DNA of 64,000 nt from Candidatus Moraniibacteriota bacterium (lineage in GTDB: Bacteria > Patescibacteriota > Minisyncoccia > Moranbacterales > UBA2206): assembly GCA_030679995.1 (NCBI GenBank), contig JAUXSK010000018.1, positions 121,492 through 185,491 on the forward strand, in the 5' to 3' direction. The position numbers and the translations under genes are program-made. Below the pieces are notes generated by a model. That model ran no database searches. It saw only the letters and a program-made list of their open reading frames with translations, and had not been told where the DNA came from. Each line of letters starts with the position of its first letter. Position 1 is the first letter of the stretch. This document shows positions 36,593 to 45,958 of this stretch, piece by piece.

Positions 36593-37675
36593 ATGAATAA
36601 GATTATAACAAAATTTTCTAGAAACCTGATCATAGCCGTTTTTATTTTAGCTATGGGGGGATATGAGACGTATGCTTGTGTCGTGCAAGGCAAGGAGCTT
36701 TTTTGGCATAACTTTCCCGATAAGAAATTGGATTTGGAGATAAGCTATGCCGGATATTATAATAAGGATGCCGACAATCATCCCAATGCGGGAAGCTGGC
36801 GGCAACAGGACCTGACTACGCAGAAATTTTTTGATTTCTATGATATCAAACCGGGCGATTTCGGTGAGGGCACAATCGGCTTGCGCCTCAAGCACCAAGA
36901 TGCTTGGGGTTGTGCCACCATCCGTCCGACCGAAAATGATGATAATGGCTCCACTGAACCGGAATTGTTCGAGGATGCGCAAAATGTGGCAGCTGATAAA
37001 TGGGATGGCGAGTTGGCGAAAAAAATTAATTTTAAGATCTGGGCCGATGTTTGTTCGAAAAGATATGTGAAAGCGGGCGATAATGTTTTTCAGCCTGATT
37101 GCGATCGGCTTATAACCAGCGGTACCGGTCCGTTGCAGGAGCTTGACTTAGTTTTGGCTGACACTGAAAATCCGAATGTTTTCAACGGGAATATGGGACC
37201 GCTCAAAAAAAACAAAAACTATTATATAGGCGTAGATTGGAATATCGATTCGGATGTCGGCAATATCATCCAAACTGATTCATATAAGGCAGACATAACT
37301 TTTTTTGTCCAGCAGTCGGTTGGCAACCAGGACTTCCGTTGCGCTGATATCCGTAATGATGATCCGGATAAATGCTCGGATGGCGCCATACGCAATTGTT
37401 ATTCAGGTGATTTCGATAAAATCGATATCGGCATCTGTCGAAGCGGGACTGAAGCTTGCGTTCAAGGAAACTGGGGAAATTGTTCCGGAGAGATTTTTCC
37501 TGACAAGGAAATCTGCAAAGACAATCTGGATAACGACTGTGACGGGCAAATCGATGAAGGATGCCCGCCAATATGCCAGCGCGTGAGTGATTGCGACGAC
37601 CACAATTCAAAAACCGATGACAACTGCGTGAATAAAGAATGCGTGCATACGGAGAAAAAGAATTTAAAACGGTAA
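36593..37675 (+). CDS. Divergent TasA-like paralog 3 with a C-terminal cysteine-rich MopE-like/EGF-like metal-binding domain.
   Basis: DIKPGDFGEGTIGLRLKHQDAWGCATI is conserved with paralogs 1 and 2. C-terminus: CSDGAIRNCYSGDFDKIDIGICRSGTEACVQGNWGNCSGEIFPDKEICKDNLDNDCDGQIDEGCPPICQRVSDCDDHNSKTDDNCVNKEC. Confidence 0.65.
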   Translation: MNKIITKFSRNLIIAVFILAMGGYETYACVVQGKELFWHNFPDKKLDLEISYAGYYNKDADNHPNAGSWRQQDLTTQKFFDFYDIKPGDFGEGTIGLRLKHQDAWGCATIRPTENDDNGSTEPELFEDAQNVAADKWDGELAKKINFKIWADVCSKRYVKAGDNVFQPDCDRLITSGTGPLQELDLVLADTENPNVFNGNMGPLKKNKNYYIGVDWNIDSDVGNIIQTDSYKADITFFVQQSVGNQDFRCADIRNDDPDKCSDGAIRNCYSGDFDKIDIGICRSGTEACVQGNWGNCSGEIFPDKEICKDNLDNDCDGQIDEGCPPICQRVSDCDDHNSKTDDNCVNKECVHTEKKNLKR

Positions 37676-37698
37676 TACATAAAATAATATGAAAAGAT

Positions 37699-38355
37699 AT
37701 GACGGATAAAATTTTAAAAATTTTAAAAAATCTCATTTGGACGGCAATCGTCGTATTCCTGATTTTGATCGGTATAACATTCATTCCGATCAAAGGAAAT
37801 TACAAGGTTTATACGGTACAATCAGGTTCGATGGAGCCAGCTATCCATACCGGCAGTTTAATTTTTGTTAAAAGTCAGGAAAGTTACAGTGTAGATGATA
37901 TTGTAACGCGGGCGACCAAAGGCTCAAGAGCGACTGTCACGCATCGTATCATTTCTAAAAAAACGGAAGGTAGCAAGGTAATATTTGAAACCAAGGGAGA
38001 TGCTAATGAGGATCCAGATAGGGAAAGCGTGAGTCAAGATACGATTATTGGTAAGAAATTTTTTCAAATACCATATATCGGCTATCCAGTCGGATACGCT
38101 CGGACGATGCCGGGATTCATCCTTCTTATAATTATCCCAGCCGTAATTATCGTTTATGAAGAGATTAGGAAAATCAAAGAAGAAATCGTGAATATCTGGA
38201 AAAAGAAAAATGGGAAAGAAAATTTGCTTGTGGAAGATAATTTATCGGAAAAAAAATATACCCGAGTGTTAGCAGAGAATAATATCACGAATATAGGTCT
38301 TGAAACCAAAGAAGGCCTTATTAAGAAAGAAAAAATCAGTCGGAAAAAAGGATAA
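37699..38355 (+). CDS. sipW: Signal peptidase I, SipW type (S26B, archaeal/eukaryal-like).
   Basis: VQSGSMEPAIHTGSLIFVK carries the catalytic Ser. There is a C-terminal TM helix and a K/E-rich tail. Confidence 0.8.
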   Translation: MTDKILKILKNLIWTAIVVFLILIGITFIPIKGNYKVYTVQSGSMEPAIHTGSLIFVKSQESYSVDDIVTRATKGSRATVTHRIISKKTEGSKVIFETKGDANEDPDRESVSQDTIIGKKFFQIPYIGYPVGYARTMPGFILLIIIPAVIIVYEEIRKIKEEIVNIWKKKNGKENLLVEDNLSEKKYTRVLAENNITNIGLETKEGLIKKEKISRKKG

Positions 38356-38360
38356 TTTTT

Positions 38361-38828
38361 TTGAAGAGGTTGCATAGTCTGTATAAAAAACATTCAAATA
38401 TGAAAGCGATTTTAAAATCATTGACACGGATTTTCATCGTAACCTTTCTGGTTGTTTTTGTCTTTGATATGAATCGTATTATCGGCACTGATTCTTCTTT
38501 TAGTGATATGGAATTGTCTTCAGATAATTCGTTTGTTGCTGGAAAGTGGGAGGAAAAAACAGATGTAATACTCAAAATAAAAGAGCTTAGATTGCCTGAA
38601 GAAAAACAGGACACGGTAATTTCTCCTACGATAAGCGAGCAAGTTGATAGTCCGCCATCTGAGCCATCTTTGCCTGTGGATGATGATATTCAGGACCAAG
38701 AAGAGGTTCCTGATGAAGAGGTTCGGAACGTTCTTGGTATTGAAGATCCGGTAGGGCAGGAGCAACCTTTGTCATCGGATGAGTCGGACTCTCCGACTGT
38801 GGATGGAGAGGGACAGGAATCATTGTGA
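38361..38828 (+). CDS. Small secreted acidic protein with a SipW-cognate-like motif (TapA-like accessory?).
   Basis: TM/signal region then GTDSSFSDMELSSDNSFVAGKWEE, followed by a D/E/P/S-rich tail. The start may be the TTG at 38361 or the ATG at 38400. Confidence 0.5.
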   Translation: MKRLHSLYKKHSNMKAILKSLTRIFIVTFLVVFVFDMNRIIGTDSSFSDMELSSDNSFVAGKWEEKTDVILKIKELRLPEEKQDTVISPTISEQVDSPPSEPSLPVDDDIQDQEEVPDEEVRNVLGIEDPVGQEQPLSSDESDSPTVDGEGQESL

Positions 38829-39015
38829 TAAACACTCGCAATATAATCCAGGATATCTATTCGCTGGGAAATGGATCGGATAGGGCTGCTGTAACAATCG
38901 GCAATCAATGTCGGTTTTTTTGTCTTTTCCGCTTTTGTTGACAAACCAAGCCGGTTGGGATAGCTTGTAAACAACTAAAAAAATCAAAATACAACTGAAA
39001 TAGAGGAGGTGCAGA

Positions 39016-40209
39016 ATGAAGGGAATTGAAAGGGTTTATTGTGATTTCGCGATCCGGACCGTTTTGGGTGCCGCATTGGATTTGATGCAAACCCCCGTGG
39101 CGGAGGTCCTGAAAAAGCAAAAAATCGGCAAAAGAGACACATTGGGAATGGATGCCGTGCCTGAAAACAGCATCCGTGAAGCGGTCGACGGTTTTTTTAT
39201 CAATCCGGTGTTGGTGACGGAGGAAACGGACCACATCACCAGGAAACACTGGCCTGAGGATTCCGATCCCGACAAACAGCCGTTGATGTTCTTTTCCGAT
39301 CCATTGGATCGGTCGGCCAAATTCGGGCGGTTCCTGAGGACTTTCCCGGACATTTGCGGGAAAAGTGAAATCGATTTGGTCGGTGATGTCATCGCTTGCC
39401 CGGAGGCGAACAGCTATTGGGAGAAGGAGATCGACAACATTTCGCCGATTATGATTTCCGGCGCGACCATCTCACTCACTTGCGTAAACCGGGGTAACAT
39501 AGTCGTTTCCGTGGTGATGAATATTATGACCCGGACGATTTTTGTCGCCTGTCTCAGTGGCACCTATGCGTTCTGTGTCCGTGGAGATGTGGATCAGATA
39601 GGCAAGATCCACTCCACGATCAATTTGAAAGCGGTTGAACGGAAGGGGAAAAAAATCAGCTTTTGTTCCAGCAAAAATAGATGCGAGAACCGGGAGGATT
39701 TTCTCAGATTCGTTTCTTTCGTCGGTAAAACCGGCTATGAGGAAAACCTGACCAATAGCGGTATCTTGCCGGACTATCGATCGCATTTATATCATGATTG
39801 TCCCGGTGGTCCTTCCAGAATCCTGTTTCTTTCCGATTTCCAGTCTGCCAAATCGCCGATCGGGTTTATTATGGCTAATGGGGAAAAAATCGGTGAATGG
39901 ATCCATTGGTTGGCGTATGTCAAATTCGCCAAAGATATCCAAGGCAAAAACAGCTTCAATATCTATGAGGTAAGTTTGGCGCAAACATTGGCTAAAGAGA
40001 GTATTCTGATGTCCCCGTTACCGCCGTATTCGATTTTCCGGCACAAGAGCAACAGCGCCAGAAGTTCGTTTTTGAATATCAGCCGTCTGCGCGATTTGGA
40101 CCGGCCGAGCAATTTCCGATCGACGGTCATCGTGACCAAGGCGGACAATATGCGGGTCAAAAACATTATGTACGGCAAAGGCTTCCATGATGTCAGCGCG
40201 TCGCTTTGA
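39016..40209 (+). CDS. Hypothetical 397-aa protein with possible IMPase/FBPase-superfamily metal-site motifs.
   Basis: VLVTEETDH followed 25 residues later by FFSDPLDRSAKF, compared with the IMPase pattern EE...DP(I/L)DG(T/S).F. No C-terminal WDxAAG-type motif is seen. The SD is GAGGAGGTG. Confidence 0.4.
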   Translation: MKGIERVYCDFAIRTVLGAALDLMQTPVAEVLKKQKIGKRDTLGMDAVPENSIREAVDGFFINPVLVTEETDHITRKHWPEDSDPDKQPLMFFSDPLDRSAKFGRFLRTFPDICGKSEIDLVGDVIACPEANSYWEKEIDNISPIMISGATISLTCVNRGNIVVSVVMNIMTRTIFVACLSGTYAFCVRGDVDQIGKIHSTINLKAVERKGKKISFCSSKNRCENREDFLRFVSFVGKTGYEENLTNSGILPDYRSHLYHDCPGGPSRILFLSDFQSAKSPIGFIMANGEKIGEWIHWLAYVKFAKDIQGKNSFNIYEVSLAQTLAKESILMSPLPPYSIFRHKSNSARSSFLNISRLRDLDRPSNFRSTVIVTKADNMRVKNIMYGKGFHDVSASL

Positions 40210-40213
40210 TCAA

Positions 40214-40322
40214 ACGGATCCGCCCGCCCGCAACCCGCCCTGTTTTTTTTCACAGGGCGGGTTATTTTATTCCAAAACAAAAAGGGATGACCGAAAGGTA
40301 TCCCTTTTATTTTTTTGTCGAA
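40214..40322. terminator. Convergent terminator pair.
   Basis: cccgccctg-ttttttttt-cagggcggg, then aagggat...atccctttt followed by attttttt, between the converging genes 39016(+) and 40333(-). Confidence 0.7.
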
Positions 40323-40332
40323 ACCTGTTTTG

Positions 40333-41505
40333 CTAATCCGCGGAGTCGATCAATTCCAGATTGCGCGTGTGCCAATTCAGGACGGCTGTTTTTTTGATCA
40401 TCAACTTGAACATATCAGGATGTTCCTTTTCGATGACTTCCGAAGCGTATTGGCTCAAAAATTGCGATTTCAATTCAGCTCTGGCTTTGTCCACGCCGAT
40501 TTCCGAATAGGGGGCCGAGGTCAGGAGCAAAAAACCGTCTTTGGGAATCATCCCGCGTTCCATATTCGATTTTATGATGCTAGCCGCGGTTTTGATCGGT
40601 CCGCTGATGTCGGGGCTGTAGGGGCCGATGATGAGCGCGATATTGGGCACGTGCAGAAAATCGAAACCGCGTCCGATGCAGATGATCCATTCGCGATGCA
40701 CCGAATCCAGTTCCAGATTGCGGTGGGCGTTGCGGATATCGGAGATATGTTCGATGTTGCCGGTGACCAATGGCAATAAATCGCGCAACACTTGGTCGGG
40801 CATATCCGGATACATCGCGCGCAATTTGTTGGTCAGAAATTCTTTGGAAGAATCCGTGCTTTCGGCCAGATTGAAAATTTCCTTGTTTTCCCCGTCGTGG
40901 AGGATCATCGCGTCTTCGTCCGTTTCGATCCCGCAAATCAGCGGATAGACGGCCTGGTGGTTTTGGCCGAAAATATATTCCGCTTGTTTTTTGACTTCAA
41001 AGACATGTTTGATGGCGGCATCGCAATCATATTTGAAACCGGCGCAGCCGCGGTGTCCATCGCCTTTGGAATAGTGATAGGTGATGATCATCAACACCCG
41101 GCGGGAATCTTCGATGGCGGCGTTGACCGTGTTATACAGCACTTCACCTAGATACGGCCAGCCAAGATTGAACATCCCGCCGATATTGCGGAAAGGTTTG
41201 ATGATGCCCAATGGGGTCTTGGTCGCGTAGGGCAGATGGATCCGGCCATCCATACATTTCAAGGCGATTATCATCGTCGGATGTTTAGCGGAATATCTTT
41301 TGCGAGAAAGATAGGCTTCGGAAGAGCAATAGGCGTTGGAATGTTTCTTGCTTAAGTCCAAGAGCCAGTCGATCCGTTCCTGGATCGGCATATGGTAGAT
41401 GTCCGCCTCGCGGGCGTCGATATATTTGTTGATTTCTTTCATATACGTGGATTGAATAATATTATTGCCTGCTTTAAAGTATAGTTCCTGGTCCAGCAAA
41501 GTCAA
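40333..41505 (-). CDS. Hypothetical 390-aa protein with a beta-carbonic-anhydrase-like Cys/His pattern.
   Basis: MIIALKCMDGRIH (C84-x-D86-x-R88) and ITYHYSKGDGHRGCAGF (H151-x-x-C154), compared with the beta-CA pattern CxDxR...HxxCG. The rest of the protein is unrecognised. Confidence 0.4.
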   Translation of the reverse strand: MTLLDQELYFKAGNNIIQSTYMKEINKYIDAREADIYHMPIQERIDWLLDLSKKHSNAYCSSEAYLSRKRYSAKHPTMIIALKCMDGRIHLPYATKTPLGIIKPFRNIGGMFNLGWPYLGEVLYNTVNAAIEDSRRVLMIITYHYSKGDGHRGCAGFKYDCDAAIKHVFEVKKQAEYIFGQNHQAVYPLICGIETDEDAMILHDGENKEIFNLAESTDSSKEFLTNKLRAMYPDMPDQVLRDLLPLVTGNIEHISDIRNAHRNLELDSVHREWIICIGRGFDFLHVPNIALIIGPYSPDISGPIKTAASIIKSNMERGMIPKDGFLLLTSAPYSEIGVDKARAELKSQFLSQYASEVIEKEHPDMFKLMIKKTAVLNWHTRNLELIDSAD

Positions 41506-41589
41506 TATTGGACAAGCTGTTCCGGATTATGATAAAATTGCCACTTAACGGGGGTAGCTTAACAATAAAATCAGACCGGTGAGGTTCGT

Positions 41590-42045
41590 ATGTTGAAATC
41601 GAAACTTGTTAAATTAGGAGCGGATGAAAAAAGCTTTGCGATTGTCAGTCGCGATTTGACGGAACTGCCAGATGGCATACTTAAAGCGGAGGGTCTATTA
41701 TGGAATCTTTGGGATATCGGAGTAAAATTCGGCCAAGAATATCCTAACGGCATCCGGCTCAATGCCGAACCTTTGATCCTGGATCTGTATGACTTTCGCG
41801 GTGCCAGGAATAGCAATTTCGGATTTTCAGTCGGGCGGACGGACAAGATCGGAACCGTAGCCCGGATATTAGTATTTGATTTGATGAACGGTATGCAAAT
41901 TTTTTGGGATTCAGGGCTGGGCGTTCCGGAAGTCCGGCAAGTCATCGAGGAGATCGACGCATATGCGGACTCCCAAAGTCTTGTTAAAGATGGTATCCGG
42001 CTGATGGACTACAATGGTTCTTTCGGTGTGAGGGATACGGAATGA
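41590..42045 (+). CDS. Hypothetical 151-aa protein.
   Basis: ORF only; no motif recognised. Confidence 0.4.
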   Translation: MLKSKLVKLGADEKSFAIVSRDLTELPDGILKAEGLLWNLWDIGVKFGQEYPNGIRLNAEPLILDLYDFRGARNSNFGFSVGRTDKIGTVARILVFDLMNGMQIFWDSGLGVPEVRQVIEEIDAYADSQSLVKDGIRLMDYNGSFGVRDTE

Positions 42046-42257
42046 ATTTTTCCGGAAAAATCGTCTATGCTTCAAGGGAGCATAGGCGCAAAAGAGGGGT
42101 GGCCGGTCATTGACCGATCACCCTGATTTTTTGTTTTGGGATGGCGATAGATATTTGACATTAGCCTTAAAACAAGCCATCATAAGCAATAATATAAACC
42201 CGGTTCTTTCAAAACGACAGGCTTCAAAAAATCGGAAGCCTGTTTTTACACATCCAA

Positions 42258-43172
42258 TTGGAAAAGGAGAAAAATATGATTGGAAAACCAGTTGTTCAGA
42301 CGAATTTTGGTGATCTGCGTTTGCTTCATCGCGGCAAGGTCCGCGATATCTATGAAGTGGAGGATAAGTTGCTGATAGTGGCGACCGATCGCGTTTCCGC
42401 CTTTGATGTGGTGATGGATGAACCCATTCCCAATAAAGGAGCGGTGCTGACCGGTCTTTCCATTTTTTGGTTCGATTATCTGCGGGATATCGTGCCGAAC
42501 CATCTCATTTCCGTTAACCCTGAGTATTATCCGGAAGTCTGCGCCCCGTACCGGGAGCAGCTGCGTGGTCGCAGTATGCTGGTGAAAAAAGCTAATCCCT
42601 TGCCGGTGGAATGCATCGTGCGCGGCTATCTGTCCGGCTCGTTTTGGAAAGCCTACCAAAAAAATACTACGGTGTGCGGATTTGCGCTGCCCTCCGGCAT
42701 GCGGGAGTCGGAAAGGCTGCCGGAAGTTATCTTTACCCCGTCCACCAAGGCGGAGCTGGGGACTCATGATGAGAATATTTCGCTGGCCAAGATGGCGGAA
42801 CTGGTCGGGCAGCCGGAGACGGAAAAAATCGCCGCTATCTGCAAGGCGCTCTACTGCAAAGCGGCTGATTATGCTCGTAAGCGCGGCATTATCATCGCCG
42901 ATACGAAATTCGAGCTGGGCTGGTATGAGGGCGAGCTGATACTTATCGACGAAGTACTTACGCCGGACTCGTCGCGTTTCTGGCCGGCATATGAATATGA
43001 GGTCGGTAAGGGCCAACCTAGTTTCGATAAGCAGTTCTTGCGGGACTATCTTTCTTCCTTGGACTGGAATCAGGCTCCGCCGGCTCCTGTTTTGCCGCCG
43101 GAAATCATCGACAAGACCAAGACCCGCTATCAGGAGGCTTTCCTGTATCTGACGGGTCATAACATCACGTAA
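42258..43172 (+). CDS. purC: Phosphoribosylaminoimidazole-succinocarboxamide (SAICAR) synthase.
   Basis: [25 protein letters not shown] and GSFWKAYQ are canonical PurC motifs. The start may be the internal MIGKP at 42276. Confidence 0.9.
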   Translation: MEKEKNMIGKPVVQTNFGDLRLLHRGKVRDIYEVEDKLLIVATDRVSAFDVVMDEPIPNKGAVLTGLSIFWFDYLRDIVPNHLISVNPEYYPEVCAPYREQLRGRSMLVKKANPLPVECIVRGYLSGSFWKAYQKNTTVCGFALPSGMRESERLPEVIFTPSTKAELGTHDENISLAKMAELVGQPETEKIAAICKALYCKAADYARKRGIIIADTKFELGWYEGELILIDEVLTPDSSRFWPAYEYEVGKGQPSFDKQFLRDYLSSLDWNQAPPAPVLPPEIIDKTKTRYQEAFLYLTGHNIT

Positions 43173-43184
43173 TGGAGGTTGCTA

Positions 43185-43463
43185 ATGTTTAGCCTTAATG
43201 TCGAGGTGCATGGATACGGATATTCAAAAAATATCGGAATCCAGATCAAGGATGAGATTTTCGCTCTTTTTGCAGATTGGGAAATTGATGAGTTGGCGGT
43301 CACCTTGTATGATGATAAGAGTGACCGCCCAAAATTCATCAGTACCCCGTTCTTACGGGTGTATCATAACGGCGGGGATAAATTACAGGAGGTCATTGAC
43401 AAGCTCGGGAAGTTGAAATATAGGATAGAACTTGTCAAAGTCGAATTCATCATTCCTGTCTGA
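43185..43463 (+). CDS. Hypothetical small protein (92 aa from the SD-supported ATG).
   Basis: GGAGG sits 7 nt upstream of ATG 43185. The terminator hairpin ggagtat...atactcc is followed by ttttatttttttt at about 43478..43525. Confidence 0.45.
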   Translation: MFSLNVEVHGYGYSKNIGIQIKDEIFALFADWEIDELAVTLYDDKSDRPKFISTPFLRVYHNGGDKLQEVIDKLGKLKYRIELVKVEFIIPV

Positions 43464-43696
43464 ATGGCGAAGGCCGGGAGTATTTGCTGCACGCTTGTGG
43501 CAGATACTCCTTTTATTTTTTTTGACTTTTTCGCGCTATGGAGTATCATCAAGTTATGGATAAGATGATTTTTTCGGAAACAAACATTTGCTGTCGCAGA
43601 CCTTGATTTCCAAGAGGGTGTTTTATCTACTGCAAAAATTCCAGCCTATGAAATACTCTCACCCGAGGGTTTTTTAATTCCAATGAAAGTTAAAAT

Positions 43697-44587
43697 ATGT
43701 TGCATCAAAATATCCTAAGCCTGATCGGTGATACGCCGGTCATCAAAGTCAGTAAAATCAATCCGAACCCAAAGGTTAATTTATACATAAAACTGGAAGG
43801 CCAAAATCCCAGCGGATCTATCAAAGACAGGATCGCCTTGGCGATGATCAAATCGGGGGAAAAAAGCGGCGAGCTGACCAGGGACAAAATTATTCTCGAG
43901 CCGACCTCCGGCAATACTGGGATCGGTTTGGCGATGGTCGCGGCGCTCAAAGGCTATCGAGTGGTCTTAACAATGTCGGCGGGTATGAGCGAAGAGCGGA
44001 GAAGGATCTTGAAAGCCTACGGGGCGGAAATAGTCCTGACACTCGAAGAGCAGGGGACTGACGGGGCGATAATGGAGGCCCACCGGATGGTGGCCGGAAG
44101 CCCGGGCAAATATTGGATGCCGAACCAATTCGCCAATCCGGAAAATCCAGAAATCCACTATCGGGTGACGGCCGAAGAAATCCTGGCCGACGTACCGGAT
44201 ATCACCCACTTTGTGGCCGGACTGGGGACATCCGGCACCTTGATGGGCATCAGCCGTAAATTGAAAGAAAAAAACAAAGCCATCAGGGTCATCGCCGTCG
44301 AACCCGCGCTCGGGCACAAGTTGCAAGGTTTGAAAAATATGCAAGAAGCGATTATGCCGGAAATCTATGATCCGGAAATGTTCGACGAAAAAATCAATGT
44401 CAGTGATGAAGACGCCTGCAGCGCGATCCGGAAAATAGCCAGGGAAGAAGGGATATTTTTGGGTATGAGTTCCGGCGCCGCTTTGCACGCGGCTTTGGAA
44501 TTAGCTAAGACATTGGAAGCCGGCGATATCGTCATCATATCTCCCGATCGGGGAGAGAAATACGCAAGTACGAATTTATTCAACTAA
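43697..44587 (+). CDS. cysK: Cysteine synthase (O-acetylserine sulfhydrylase), PLP-dependent.
   Basis: IGDTPVIKV, EGQNPSGSIKDR (PLP lysine), TSGNTGIGLA, GTSGT. Confidence 0.9.
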   Translation: MLHQNILSLIGDTPVIKVSKINPNPKVNLYIKLEGQNPSGSIKDRIALAMIKSGEKSGELTRDKIILEPTSGNTGIGLAMVAALKGYRVVLTMSAGMSEERRRILKAYGAEIVLTLEEQGTDGAIMEAHRMVAGSPGKYWMPNQFANPENPEIHYRVTAEEILADVPDITHFVAGLGTSGTLMGISRKLKEKNKAIRVIAVEPALGHKLQGLKNMQEAIMPEIYDPEMFDEKINVSDEDACSAIRKIAREEGIFLGMSSGAALHAALELAKTLEAGDIVIISPDRGEKYASTNLFN

Positions 44588-44596
44588 CGCTTATAT

Positions 44597-45394
44597 ATGA
44601 AAAAAAGATATTTATTGGTAATCATATTTGTTTTTACGGTTCTTGGTGGAGGCTGTATTTTAGTTGTGTTGAAGACTGGTTTCACGATGCGGACAGGCGC
44701 GCCGGTTAATTTTCAAAATGCCGATATTCCGGAAACTACGAGTGATCCGCAACCGATCGAAACGGCGCCAAGCGGACAGGCGCTTCCGGAAAATTCCGCG
44801 GATAAGCTGATACGATACCGCGTGCCTTTCGTGGTCCAGGCTCCGACTGCGAATTGGGATGATCTTGTTTTTCAGAACGCCTGCGAAGAAGCGTCGGTTA
44901 TTATGGCGATGGGCTGGGTCAATGGAACAGAATCAATATCGTCATCCGATGCGCAAAAGCAAATATCGGATATCGATGATTTTGAAATGGAAACTTTCGG
45001 TTACAGTTATGATACGGATGTCTTTGATGTGAAGCGCATTTTTGAGCAATATTTTAAGTATAATAATGTTTCAATCCAAGAAAATATTAGTATTGACGAT
45101 ATAAAAAGAGAATTGCAAGCTGGTAATCTCGTGTTGGTTCCGGCTTTCGGCCAGGCATTGGGAAATCCCAATTATACCTATCCCGGCCCGGTCGTGCATA
45201 TGCTGGTCATTACTGGTTATGATCCGGCCGCCCGGGAATTCATCACTAACGATCCGGGAACCAGACGGGGAGGCGGATATCGCTATGATGGGAATGTCCT
45301 GATGGATGCCGTTTGGCAATATCCGAGCGGTCAGGATGTCCCGTCTGTCCCTCTGGGAAGTCTCAAAAAGGCGATGATAATCGTCGGGAAATAA
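44597..45394 (+). CDS. Membrane-anchored papain-like (peptidase C39-like) domain protein.
   Basis: N-terminal TM. Cys in NACEEASVIMAMG and His in HMLVITGYD...NDPG sit in C39_2-like positions. Confidence 0.45.
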   Translation: MKKRYLLVIIFVFTVLGGGCILVVLKTGFTMRTGAPVNFQNADIPETTSDPQPIETAPSGQALPENSADKLIRYRVPFVVQAPTANWDDLVFQNACEEASVIMAMGWVNGTESISSSDAQKQISDIDDFEMETFGYSYDTDVFDVKRIFEQYFKYNNVSIQENISIDDIKRELQAGNLVLVPAFGQALGNPNYTYPGPVVHMLVITGYDPAAREFITNDPGTRRGGGYRYDGNVLMDAVWQYPSGQDVPSVPLGSLKKAMIIVGK

Positions 45395-45416
45395 ATCGTG
45401 GATTTGAAAAAACATA

Positions 45417-45447
45417 GAAAAAACGCATCCGCTGGATGCGTTTTTTA
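45417..45447. terminator. Bidirectional terminator.
   Basis: aaaaaacgcatccgctggatgcgtttttt between convergent genes. Confidence 0.8.
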
Positions 45448-45469
45448 ACATCGCTATTTTTGTGATCGG

Positions 45470-45922
45470 TCAGATATCGCATTTTTCCATTTCCTTGGTG
45501 AGCATCTCAATGTGTTGTTCGGTTTCAGCGTTCATTTGCTGGAATAATTCTTTGATGGTCGTGTTCGCCGGCATAAGCATATCGAAACATTTTTTTTCCA
45601 AGATGGATCGTTCCACGCGCAAGGCGGTTTGCAGAGCATCGAAGTGCGTGATATCGTCTTTTTCCGCGCGCCGGATTTCCTCCAATACGAAATCCATCAC
45701 ATATCTGACGACGCCTCGGGAAAATTTATTTTCGATGATGGAATGCGCCGGATCGATCAGCGCGCTGCCGTTTCCCAGGGATGAGGCGTGGGAAATTTCC
45801 TCGTTGGAAAGTTGTTCCCAAAAGGCGCCCTTGTGCGGAATCTTCCGCGCGTATAGCGAATAGAGCGATGAAATATTCAGCTCATTTTCTTCCAGCAGCA
45901 GGAGGATGGGTTTGTCATTCAT
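45470..45922 (-). CDS. Hypothetical all-helical 150-aa protein (possibly ferritin-like).
   Basis: Helical repeats carrying EEISHA and ETEQHIE. The fold assignment is weak. Confidence 0.4.
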   Translation of the reverse strand: MNDKPILLLLEENELNISSLYSLYARKIPHKGAFWEQLSNEEISHASSLGNGSALIDPAHSIIENKFSRGVVRYVMDFVLEEIRRAEKDDITHFDALQTALRVERSILEKKCFDMLMPANTTIKELFQQMNAETEQHIEMLTKEMEKCDI

Positions 45923-45958
45923 ATTTTATTTTTTATATATTTATCGTCCTAACGGCCC

